NCBI RefSeq assembly: GCF_009914755.1
Contig: NC_060930.1
Source of the DNA: the human T2T-CHM13v2.0 reference genome, Homo sapiens
Length of the DNA: 64,000 nucleotides
Strand: one strand, 5' to 3'
The notes beneath the pieces are model-generated. The model ran no database searches, was not told the origin of the DNA, and saw nothing but the letters and a program-made list of their open reading frames with translations. Every line of letters starts with the position of its first letter. The stretch's first letter is position 1. The position numbers and the translations under genes were made by a program. Below, in pieces: positions 46,434 to 58,535 of the stretch.

Positions 46434-47722
46434 TTTAACTTTTAAGTTGAGTGGTACATGTGCAGGATATGCAGTTTTGTAACATAGGTAAAGGTGTGTC
46501 ATGGGGGTTTGTTGTATACATTATTTCATCACCCAGGTCTTAAGCCGAGTATCCTTTTAGCTATTTTTCTTCATCCTCCCTCCTCCCACACCCTCCATAT
46601 TCTGATAGCCCCGAGTGTGTGTTGTTCCCTTCCATGTGTCCTGTGTTTTCATCATTTAACTCCCACTTATAGGTGAGAACCTGTAGTATTTGGTTTTCTG
46701 TTCCCATGTTAGTTTGCTGAGGATAATGGCCTCCAGCTCTATCCATGTTCCTGCAAAGGACATGCTCTTTTTCTTTTTTTATGGCTACATAGTATTCCAT
46801 GGTGTATATGTACAACATTTTCTTTATCCACTCTATCACTGATGGGCATTTGGGTTGATTCCATGTCTTTGCTATTGTGAATAGTGCTGCAATGAACATA
46901 CACATGCAAGTGTCTTTATAATAGAAAGATTTATATTCCTTTGGGTATATACCGAGTAATGAGATTGCTGGGTCAAATGGTATTTCTGTTTTCCATTCTT
47001 TGAGGAATTGCCACACTGTCTTCCACAGTGACTGAATTAATTTACACTCCCACTAATGGTATATAAGCATTCCTTTTTCTCCACAACCTCACCATCATCT
47101 GTTATTTTTTGACTTTTTATTTTTATTTTTATTTATTTATTTATTTATTGAGATGGAGTCTCGCTCTGTCGCCCATGTTGGAGTGCCGTGGCGTGATCTC
47201 GGCTCACTGCAAGCTCCGCCTCCCGGGTTCTCGCCATTCTCCTGCCTCAGCCTCCTGAGTAGCTGGGACTACAGGCGTCCACCACCACACCCGGCTAATT
47301 TTTTGTATTTTTAGTAGAGAGAGGGTTTCACCATGTTAGCCAGCATGGTCTGGATATCCTGACCTTGTGATCCTCCTGCCTCGGCTTCCCAAAGTGCTGG
47401 GATTACAGGCGTAAGCCACCGCGGCCGGCCTTTGACTTTTTAATAATAACCATTCTGACTTTCGTGAGATGGTATCTCATTGTGGTTTTGATTTGCATTT
47501 CTCTAATGATTACTGATGTTGAGCTTTTTAAAAAATATGCCTGTTGCCGCATGTATATCTTTTTTTTGAGAAGTACCTGTGCATGTCCTTTGGCCATTAC
47601 TTTATGGGGATGTTTGTTTTTTTCTTGTAAATTTGTTTAAGTTCCTTATAGATGTTGGATATTGGACCTTCGTCAGATGCATAGTTGGCAAAAATTTTCT
47701 TCCACTCTGTAAGTTGTCTGTT
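46434..47722 (-). mobile_element. L1PA13-16-like 3' fragment containing an AluY
   Basis: ORF 46561..47016 is the ORF2 C-terminus ([24 protein letters not shown]); TSD tgtttcttt at 46425 and 47719. Confidence 0.92.
47120..47430 (-). mobile_element. AluY
   Basis: ctgcaagctccgcctcccgggttc..gccattctcc; (TTTA)n tail; TSD tttgacttttta at 47108 and 47431. Confidence 0.95.
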
Positions 47723-48384
47723 TCTTTCTATCTAATAAAACTTTCCTTTTCAATCCTATACTGTTGCCAGTAAATTCTTCTTACCACCCCACTACCTGCG
47801 AGCTGACCACTTTCTGATGCTGGGGCTCTGACAGCTTGCTTGGCAGGCAATATAACTATCCTTGAGCATAGGCATTGGTGCATACACATAGAAGTTTACA
47901 ACAATTTTCTTTTGTCTAATGAAGAAAGAGATGCCCCCCCACATGCACACTAAATACTGTAAAAGGTCTCAAAGTTATTTTTCTTGTTTGTTGGCTTGCT
48001 TTTAATCATGCTTTTATTAATGCTTTTGATGATGCTATAATTTATTCCAGCCACTTTTATTATGGATATGGATGATAACCTACCCTGTTTTTGACAACTC
48101 TTATAAAAGTTAAGTGGATACGGATAAGTTATGCCTAGTGTTGTCATTAAGGTTATCATATCTTGATGGGACCTCACCGTCTGATTTTCTAAAATTCTGA
48201 GACAGTATGACATAATAATTATGGTTTTGAATCAAAGTTAATTTTTACTCCAAACTTTCTCACTAAGTGTATGATATTCATTAAGTTATGTAACTTATCT
48301 GTCTGTTTCTTTATCAGTACAATATAGATCTTGATAGTACTTATCCCACCGTACAAATGCTTAACAAATTATTACTATTTTAAA

Positions 48385-49653
48385 ACTTATTTTCTTTTTA
48401 AATTGACAAACTATAATTGTATATATGTATAGGGTACAATGTGAATGATTTCATTAAGTTAATAGATCACCTCATTTATCATTTTTGTGGTGAGATTATT
48501 TGAACTTTACTCTCAGCAATTTTAAAATGTACAATACATTATTATTGACTATAGTCAGTATGCTGTGCAATAAATTTCAATAACTTATTCCTCCTATCTA
48601 ACTAAAACTTTGTACCATTGTATATCACTGCATGCCACCCTCTAGCATCTGGTATTCTCAAATTTTATGAGTTTGACTCTTTTTAGATTCCACATATAAG
48701 TGAGGTTCCACATATAGGTGAGGTTCTACATACGTGGAATACCAATACCACAGACGTGGTATTTGTCTTTCTGTGCCTAACTTATTTCACATAATATAAT
48801 GACTTCTTTGTCACTCATATTGTTGTAAGTGACAGGATTTTTTTTTCTTTTTTTAAGGTGGAATAGTATTTCTTTGTGTATATATACCATATTTTCTTTA
48901 TCTATTCATCTACTGAGGGACACTTAGGTTGATTCCATATCTTGGCTATTGTGAATAATGATGCAATAAAAATGGAAGTGCAGCTGTATCTTCAGTGTAC
49001 TGATTTCAAACCCTTTAGATCCATATCTAGACATGAAATTTCTAGATCTTATGGTAGCTTTATTTTCAGTTTTTTGAGGAACCGCCATATAGTTTTCAGC
49101 TGTGGCTGTACTGATTTATATTCCTACCAACAGTGCAGAAGTGTTTCCTTTTTTCCCCATCCTCACCAACATTTCTTATCTTTAGTTGTCTTTTTGATAA
49201 TAGCCATTCTAACAAGTGTTAAGTGATATCTCATTGTAGTCTTAATTTGCATTTTCTTAGTGATTAGTGAAGTTGAACAATTTTTCATCTACCTGTTGGC
49301 CTTTTGTATGTCTTTTGAGTAATGTCTATTTTCTGCCTGTTTTAATGAGTTTTTAAAACTTATTTGTTACTGAGTTATTTGTTATTTACATGTTTTAGAT
49401 ATTAACCCCTTACCAGATATGATTTGAAAATATTTTCTCCCAATTCATAGGTTGTCTCTTCACTCTATTAATTATTCCCTTTGCTGTGCTGTAGCCTTTT
49501 AGTCAGAAGACGTGAAACTGTAAAAACTATTAGAAGAAAACACAGGAGAAAAGCTCCATGACATTGGGCTGGGAAATGATTTTTTTTTCTTTAGATACAA
49601 TCCCAGAAAACATGGACAGAAAAAGCAAAAGTGGACAAATAAGATTTCATCAA
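48385..49653 (-). mobile_element. L1MA 3' end with inverted 5' segment
   Basis: Antisense L1MA 48385-49503 followed by sense ORF2 segment 49504-49653 that is contiguous with it in L1 coordinates. Confidence 0.85.
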
Positions 49654-51164
49654 ATTATTATTACCATTATTATCATCATTATGACCTCCAAAATCATCTT
49701 GTGTATCAATAGGCTTACTGAACTTTTCTGTGTATGTTTATTTTTTATGTATCTGCTTTTATTTACTTGTGTGTTTTGGGCTAACATCAACAGTGACATA
49801 AGAAAATTTTTTCTTTTTGGGAGGTCCTTATTTTATTACAAAAGGTGGATTCATGAAATATGATAAAATTAGGAAAATTCACGTGGTAGGCTAATTAAAT
49901 GAATATGTCGTGGTATACTTAAGGAGAATAATGGTAAGTAATATTAATTAGTAATAGTGTTGTAAAGGAATATGTCTGACATGGAGGGTGAATTATATAA
50001 TAAAAGGAGGGACATATATGTGTTAAGACTCACTACCAGTAAATAGCCTTAATAAAAGTGACAAGAAAGGAAAAAAAAAGCAGTCATTAGACTACAACTG
50101 GATATTATCTTAAGGAAAATCAAGGACCAAAATGTTTGCTCTCAAATGATCTAAAATATATACACTTGCTTGAATTATTATGAGTACTTGACAATCACTC
50201 CACCCATTATAAATTCTTATTACGAATAAAAGGTCACATGTAGTATAGGAATCTGAATTAGATATGTATTCATATGAATAATAGGTAGCTGAGTAACTCA
50301 TTATCCTTAATTCCAGGAAATATGTTTTAGCAGAAACACTTTCTGCTGCTCTGTTCTATACCAGTGGCATTTTGATGTGAGAGTTGCTGTTATTTTGGTG
50401 ATCTTACAAATGCTATACTAGTCATTTTACTGAAGACTCATGCACTAGAGATTCTACAGTAAAGAATCATCTTAGGCACACTTGCAACTGCTGCTTCAGG
50501 GAAATTTTTGAAGGAGTTCACCTCCAATGAGTGGTCTTCCACAATTTCACTTTGATTATATTGCCTAAGAGCTATGGGAAAGAAATTTTTTTAAAAAAAT
50601 ATTTAAGTAATCTTCACATGAAGCATTAAATAAATTGCTAGTGAAAAGCAAGGGCAGAGAGTACAAATAGACGTGGAGTAATCAGAGATAAGATACATTT
50701 TTCAAGAATAATAATCACTTAGAATATGATACAGAATAGTTTGATAAAAATAGCAAACATAGCTTCAAACTGAAGAGAAAGCTTCACAGGTCTAATATGT
50801 AGTAAAACTATGGAAATTCTTTCACAGCTTTCTCCACAAAGTATATAACAGTGATTTATAATGGATTGCAAGTGATAACAGCAGTTACTACATACATAAG
50901 CTGACCAAATTTTAGCTCTTGTCTAAAAGACAATTAATGCAAGTTTTTGACACGTTACTTTATATGCCTGAACTTGAGAATAGAGTTTGCTCTTTTACGA
51001 TGTTTGCTTATAATAGTCTGTCAAAATAGTAAGAGTGTTCTGTTGATTTCCTCTTTACTGTAAATTCTGTTTTTTAGAAGTAGATAATACTTTGGCACAA
51101 TCAGCCAAAAAATATGTAACAATCATGGTCATATATGCTTCTATGTTACAGTCTTCAACTATAT

Positions 51165-51325
51165 AAACTAGCAAATGCTAGGACAATGGAAAGAATTAGG
51201 TAAAGTAACAATTCTAGTTGGAGATTTTAACACATCTTTCCTGAAACAACAGCTATAGCAGAGCAAAAACAAGCAAAGATATAGAATATTTAGAAAATAC
51301 AATTAATATCCTTGATTTAATTTTA
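51165..51325 (+). mobile_element. Ancient L1 endonuclease fragment
   Basis: acaattctagttggagattttaacaca encodes TILVGDFNT. Confidence 0.65.
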
Positions 51326-51569
51326 GACTGAAGTTTGACTTTAGCCTTGTTATAGTTCCATATATTCTTGGTAAAGTCAATATTCAATGCCTAGAACTGA
51401 CTTGCATGTAATCAATATATAACTATACGAGTAATATGAATAAGGCATAGTTCAGATTTATTGTTAATTTCTGAGTATTCTCATCGAAATGTAGTTAAGC
51501 ATTTCAGATGCAGCTTGGAGTGAAAAATCTCTTTATATGCTTATATCTTGAAATTCTATTAGTCCATTT

Positions 51570-51665
51570 AATTAATATGTATGTCTATTATTATATTATA
51601 TACTATATAATAATATAGTATATATTATATATTATTTATAATAATAATATGTATATAATAATAGA
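51570..51665. repeat. TA-rich low-complexity tract
   Basis: tattattatattatatactatataataatatag... Confidence 0.8.
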
Positions 51666-53088
51666 CTTACATGCATATTAGGACATATATACATAGGAGC
51701 AAAATGCTGTATTAACACTTGACACTTGAAAGTTGTTTATGATACATACAAAAGCAACCACTAAAATGTTTCAAATATTTTGATACAAAACAGATTAGTA
51801 GAGATTATATAAAATCATACTTCTACTAGTTTATTAATAGTATTAATAAAAATTATTTAATAACTATTTAATTCATCAATATCAGTGGTAAAAGTGTCTG
51901 AAAAAAGATCTATTTAAAAATTTCTCATGTTGTGAGACTGAATTAAAAGTAGAATTTTCCAATTCAAATTTTATGAGGAAGACAATTTTTGAAAGTCTTG
52001 GAAAATAAATGCTTATGACAGATCATTTTTAGTTCAGACACAGTCGGATTACAGGGGATACACAGAAAGAAAAAGAATGAGGTACGCTAAACATACTTTT
52101 CTCTTACTAGTCAGTTCAACAGATTTTATAAGAAAGCTTTAAAAAGATAATTTATTAAATCTCACACTCTCTACTACTCTTCACTCCAGTGACTTTGCTG
52201 TGGCTTTCAATTCTTTGATCCTATTAACTTTTCACTCTCTCATTCCATATATACATATATACCCTTACTTTTATAACACAGATGAAATTCTAATTCTATG
52301 GTCTCTCAATATAATAACTCCCATATTTATACACTTGACTCCCTTGATCCTCTCTTGCTTTCTTCTATTTGCTTGGGGAAACAAAAACCACATAGTTGAT
52401 TGAATTTAGAGATCCACATAGCTGAGCCAGCTAAATATGACTAGATAAAAACATCCAACCCCATAAACATTTTAAATTCATGACTATAAACTTGTAGGAG
52501 TCCTTTAATACTCCTGAACAATCATGTAATATGTTCCTGGTCTATTCACTAAACCACTTACCTAGGTAAATATTTCACACCTCCTCTCTTTAATTTCAAA
52601 CCTCTGCTCTTACATTATCTTTATTAGCTAATGATTTTGCTTCCTACTTGATTGAGGAAACTGAAACAATCACAAGAAATCTCCAGACTCTGTGTCTATG
52701 CACCTTCCAGCATCTACACCCACATACTCTAGCATTCCATCTGTTTCCAGAGATAAGCTATTCATATTCCTCCCAAAGCCAATTTACACATCATCTCTTG
52801 CCCACTGAAGACATCACTCCAGTAATTCCACCTTGTCTCCTTTGTTTCATCCCTATTTATTCTCTACTGGATCAGTACTTTATATCTAAAAATGTATTGC
52901 TATTTCTTCTTTCTTAAAAATGAAAAGTATTTTATTTATTGCTCAGCTTATCTTTAAAGCAAGAACATTTTACTTACTACAAAGCTAATAATGTATTTTT
53001 CTGTTAGCAGCATTCTTCTATGTTTAGTTGCTCTAATTATTCAATACTTATTTTTTTGTTATCTTCTTAAATTAGAATTTTGTGTCCA

Positions 53089-53384
53089 CGTTGGGTGTGG
53101 TAGCCCATGCCTATAATCCCAGCACTTTGGGAGGCCTAGGTGGGAGGAATACTTGAGACCAGGAGTACAGTTAAAGACTAGCATGGGCAACATATCAAAA
53201 CACTGTCTCTTAAAAAAAATAAAACATTAGCTGGGCATGGTAGCACATATCTATAGTTATAGCTACTTGGGAGGCTGAGAAAGGAGGATTGCTTGAGCCT
53301 AGGAGTTTGAGGTTACAGTAAACTATGATTGTACCACTGTACTCCAGCCTGGGTGACAGAGCAATAACTTGTCTCAAAAAAAAA
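53089..53384 (+). mobile_element. AluJ
   Basis: ggaggattgcttgagcctaggagtttgaggttacagtaaactatgatt J diagnostics; A-tail. Confidence 0.9.
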
Positions 53385-53527
53385 TTGTTTCCAATGTTCC
53401 ACTGAATGATCTTGTCAAAGTTATCAGTGAACTTTTCAAAGACTATTTCTCACTTGCAGGATTTGGCCAATTGATTATTTCTTCCTCCTTGACAATCTTT
53501 CTCCATTGGCTATCAGGACACCTTACT

Positions 53528-54359
53528 CTACTGGATTTAATGGTGTTCCTGCAAAATTCATATCCATCTGGAACCTGTGAATGTGTATTTATTTGGAAAG
53601 TCTTTGAAGATGTGATAAAATTATGATGTCATACTGAATTAGGGCAGTGATACAGTTTGGCTCTGTGTCCCCACCCAAATCTCAACTTGAATTGTAATTC
53701 CCATAATTCCCACGTGTCAAGGGAGGGAGCTGTGGGAAGTGATTGCATGGGGGCAGTTTCCCCATGCCTTTCTATGATAGGGAGTTCTCAGGAGAGCTGA
53801 TGGTTTTAAAAGTGTTTGGAAGTTCCCCCTTTGCAGCACTCTCTCTCCTGCCACTTTATGAAGGAGGTGCCGGCTTCCTCTTCTGCCAGGATTTTAAGTT
53901 TCCTGAGGCCTCTCCAGCCATGTGGAACTGTGAGTCAGTTAAACATCCTTTGTTTATAAATTATCCCATCTTGGGTAGTATCTTTAGCAATGTGAAAATG
54001 CTAAATACAGGCAGGCACCAAATTCAATATAAGAAAAGGGAAATTTGGTTACAGATATATGAACAGAGAGAAGACAATGTGAAAGCACAAACATACAGGG
54101 GAGAAGGCCATGTGGAGATAGTCATAGATTAAACTGACACATCTACTAGCCAAGAAACACCAATGATTGCCAGCAACCACAAAAAATTAGATAAGGGAAG
54201 GAAGGATTCTTTCCTAAAGCATTTGGTGCGAGCAGGACCTACTGACACCTGAACTTCCAACTTCTAACCTACAGAACTCTGAGAGAGAAAAACAATTCTG
54301 TTGTTTTAAGGAACCCAGTTTACAGCACTTTTAAATAGCAGCAGTAAGAAATGAATACA
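53528..54359 (+). mobile_element. MLT1C-like LTR split by THE1D
   Basis: caaaattcatatccatctggaacctgtgaatgtg...gccaagaaacaccaatgattgccagcaaccac...gaaatgaataca. Confidence 0.8.
53648..54009 (+). mobile_element. THE1D-like solo LTR
   Basis: tgatacagtttggctctgtgtccccacccaaatctc...aataca; perfect 5-bp TSD ggcag (53643-47, 54010-14). Confidence 0.93.
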
Positions 54360-55199
54360 TGTACTCTTAGTTTTACTTCGTCCTCACTGGTCACTCTTTC
54401 TCAGCCATCTTCATAGGTTCCTGCTTTTCTCTGTCCTCTTAACATTAAATTGTCCTTAGTCTCAGTCTTTGATTTTTGTTTCCTCTATTTATTGTGTAGA
54501 GGATAGTGTCAGTGCTTTGCTGAGATTCTCTTATCTCCCTTTTTTACTATATTAATCTGTTGAGACATAACGAAGGTGGGAAGCTTCAATATGCTTTCAC
54601 TTTCAACAGCTAGCACCTGGAGCTCTTTTTTTGGTGCCAGGGTGGTGGGGTCAGAATTGCTCTTGCATTTTTGGAGCCTTCTTTGTCTTCACTATCTATT
54701 AAAGGGCTCTGAGAAGAGTATTGACACTAACATACTTATATTTTAAATAATCGCTATGGCTTCTCTATTGAGAATAAAAGTTAAAGATGCAGGAATAGAT
54801 TTTTAGATATCTTTTAGTAGTCCATTGCAGTAACACCACTCTCTCTCTACACACACGTGCACACACACAGACATACACACACAAACACGTACACGAGTTT
54901 CACCTCACATACTACAATAAAAAGTGGGGAAGAATATTCTTTTGCCTAATTTATTTTCCTGAGTAATACTTGGAGTCCCTAATGATTGCCTGGGTGTCCC
55001 ACAAATCAATTTTGGTGGTGGTTTCACCTCTATTTTCTATACTTGCTTTGAAATGAGCCTGTGCTAGTATTCTAAAAGGAACTCTTTCTGTTCTGTAAGT
55101 GATTTCTCCAGTTTTTTGTTGTTTTCTCCTCATTGTTTCTGCTTCAAGTATGTTCAGCACCCACCTTCCTCACTCCATTAATTTTTTCAAACATAGGAC

Positions 55200-55725
55200 A
55201 CCTTGGTTGAGACCATATCTCACTATTGTGAAAAGTGCTGCAGGAAACACGAGGATGAAGATGTATCTTCAACATGATGATTTTTTAAGATAAATTCCTA
55301 GTGGTGGGATTGCTAGATGATATGGTAGTTCGGTTTGAAGTTTTTTGAGGAACCTCCATACTATTTCTACAGTGGCTGTAGTCGTTTAAATCTACACCAA
55401 CAGTGTATAGGGAGGGCTCTCTTGTCTCCACATCTTCACCAGCAGTTGTTATTTTTTTGTTTTTTGATAATAGCATCCTAACTGAGGTGAGGTGTTACCT
55501 CTTTGTGGTTTTGATTTCCATTTCCCTGATGATTAATGTTGAGCAATAGCTAAAGAATGATAGTGAACGTTCCCAACACAAAGAAAAGATAAATGTTTGA
55601 TATGATAGATACGCTAATTCCCGTAGTCTGATTGCTATACATTATATTTATTAAAACATCGCTATGTAGCCCATGATTACATACAATTATTACTTGTCAA
55701 TTTTAAACAAATACAAAAAAGAAAA
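55200..55725. mobile_element. L1MA: antisense ORF2 C-terminal piece joined to a sense 3' end
   Basis: 55200-55545 antisense (ctattgtgaaaagtgctgc, ttttttgaggaacctccatact); 55546-55725 sense (gttcccaacacaaagaaaagataaatg...A-rich tail). Confidence 0.75.
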
Positions 55726-56494
55726 TAACAATATTAAACTCACTATGAACCTTAATTCCAATGCCTTAGACAGCATTGGTAAAATTTCTGTCCAAATTTT
55801 TATAAAAATTAAATATATCTTTAATAAATACTGGCCTTGATGATCAAGGAAATATATAGCTTTTACTCGTGCTGTTTCTTAAATGTATGTGCATTGCCCC
55901 AGAAAATTATTATTTCTTTTTGGGAAGCAAGTGAGACTTTTTTTCAAGTATTTGCATAGATTAATAAGATTCCACAGAGTGGTGAAGACTAGAAAAAAGA
56001 AGTGAACTGGCTTGAAACAAAATCATCTAAGCTGGACTATTGTTTCCATTTACGCATCTACAAGTAATTATAAATATATTCTTTTTGTCTTGTCAATACA
56101 AATGGTAGGTTACTACGCATACTGTCGTGTATCCTGCTTGCTTTATTCAACTCTGGATCGTAGATATCTTTTCATTTTGGGCCATGGAGAGCTTCATTCA
56201 TTCCTGTTATTTGACTGCATGATGCTCCATATATATATATTTATACACTGCAATTTATTTAACATGTTTCCTATGAATTGACACATGATATTTTAATTGT
56301 CTGCTATTTCTTGTGCTTCTCTTCTCTTGAAGTCAACATTTTACTATTATAGCCTAGCCTTAGCTACAATAATAGCCGGTGTAAAAAATAAAACCTTTTA
56401 ATTTTATATTATAATGACTTTACTATGGAAAAAAGTTTTTTTAATATCCCTATTGTAAATTTTTACTTATTCAATATTTCTCCTCTTGTCCATC

Positions 56495-56862
56495 TTTCTT
56501 AGTCCATCTGGTCTGCTATAACAAAACACCATAGACTAGGTGCCTTATAGGCTGCAGAAACTTATTTCTTACAGTTCTGTAGCCTGAGAAGTCTAAGATC
56601 AAGGTGATGGCAGATTTGGTGTCTAGTGAGGACCTGTTTCCTGGTTCATAGATGGTGCCTTTTTGCTGTTTTGTCATGGGGTGGAAGAGGCAAACAAGCT
56701 CCCTTGAGGCTCTTTTATAAGGACACTAATCTCATTTATGAGAATTTCACCTTCATGGCCTAATTACCTCCGAATTGTCCCACTTCTTTACACCATTATA
56801 TTGGGGATTAGGTTTCAACACGGGAATTTTGTAGGTAGGTCACTAACATTCAGACCATAGCA
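56495..56862 (-). mobile_element. MLT1A0-like solo LTR
   Basis: cttagtccat...ctgctataacaaaacaccatagactagg...aacattcagaccatagca; TSD ccatc/ccatt. Confidence 0.88.
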
Positions 56863-56928
56863 CCATTTTTTGATAGATATGTTACTGTTTTTACTGTTTT
56901 TTTTTTCTTTTCACTGTTGAAAGCTCTT

Positions 56929-57251
<323 letters not shown>

Positions 57252-57390
57252 TGAAAAAAAAAATTAAGGAGATGATCTTGTTATTTCTCTTGCAACAATT
57301 TTTTTTTCAGTTTGCATTTGCCTTTTAATTTTGCTTTTGTTTTTGACTTAAATATTTGGGGTATTTCACATTCTTCTTTTACTAGTTTCC

Positions 57391-57480
57391 TTTAATTCCC
57401 GTAACCACAAGCTCCTTCCCCTCTCTGCATAGGCATTTAATTCCCATAACGACAAGCTCCTTCCCCTCTCTGCATAGGCA
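57391..57480. repeat. 45-bp tandem duplication
   Basis: tttaattccc(g/a)taac(c/g)acaagctccttcccctctctgcataggca twice, 2 mismatches. Confidence 0.95.
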
Positions 57481-58055
57481 TCAAACATTTAAATGTTTGA
57501 TGTGTAACTTTCTACTTGACTGCATTGCAAAGTGTGTAATATTTAATGTGTATATAAACAATATTGTCATATGCTTCTTACCTTAAGATATGCCATACGG
57601 CTAGTAAGATCCATCTCTGTTGATATGTATGCATTTTGCATTTAGTCAGTTGCTGCTAAATGTTGCATTATATTTCATGGTGTGAATTTGCCATATTTTA
57701 CCTGACCACTTTCCCAATGATGGGCACAAAGGTTGTTTCTGCCTTCTTAACACCACACACTCAGAGAACCATCTTCATATATAACTCTATGAACCAGAGA
57801 AGATTTGGGATACATATCCACAAGTGGACTTGCTGTTTCTTTGGATATGTGCATATAAAATTTGACTAAACATGACTTGAATTCTTTCGAATGGTTGTCT
57901 TGCTTGACATACTCACCAGCAGGATATGAAGCTTCCTATGTCGTTACATCCCTGCCAACATTTAGCATTACAAAACCTTTTAATTTTTTTCCACTGCAGT
58001 TTTAATTTGAATTTTTCCGATTACTAAAAATCTTGAGTGTCTCATCAATTACTAA

Positions 58056-58137
58056 TTAATTTGAACCATATAAAATTGTTGATATCCAAACATTTTTTGG
58101 TTCACAAAAAATGGCAATAACATATTGTTCCAACTAA
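58056..58137 (+). mobile_element. MADE2 mariner MITE (about 80 bp)
   Basis: ttaatttgaaccatataaaattg...ggcaataacatattgttccaactaa degenerate inverted termini. Confidence 0.7.
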
Positions 58138-58369
58138 TGGATTTTTGTGTTTCCTCTACTATAAATAACCTGTTTTATTTCCTTGCTCATTTTTTTCTAT
58201 CAAGTTGCTATTTTGTTATGGAGTTTTGCAGAAATTTCTCATATTGTAAATGCTATTACTTGTGAGTTACAGACAGTACAAATACCTTCTCTGTTCTGTC
58301 AATTACCTTGCCTGTGGTACCCTTCCTTGATCAAAAATCTTTGATTGGGCAAAGTAGCAGAAGTACCAT

Positions 58370-58535
58370 TAGGCCCTTATTTAGCATTTACTGTGTGCTA
58401 GCCATTGCTTTAAACATTTTTCATATATTAAATCATTTAATACCTGTTGCAAATATGAGGAAATTGAGTCACAGAGAAGTTAAAGGATTGTCCAAGTTCA
58501 CTCAGCTAGTAGGTAATGGAGCTCTTAACCATTAA
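58370..58535 (-). mobile_element. MIR
   Basis: atgaggaaattgagtcacagagaagttaaaggattgtccaagttcactcagctagta. Confidence 0.85.

Larger units (their letters stand above)
46094..47845 (+). mobile_element. ERV LTR (LTR47-like) split by an L1 insertion
   Basis: 5' part 46094-46433 (ctaaggaaaaatccactgtggagcgctcagtcctctct) continues at 47719-47845 with AATAAA and a tggca terminus. Confidence 0.6.
52150..54495 (+). mobile_element. L2 ORF2 fragment interrupted by AluJ and MLT1C/THE1D
   Basis: attttgcttcctacttgattgaggaaactgaaacaatcacaagaaatctcc; cttgtcaaagttatcagtgaac; cctcactggtcactctttctcag. Confidence 0.75.

Noticed and set aside
53743-54132. 129-aa ORF
   Set aside because: Lies entirely within THE1D/MLT1C LTR sequence
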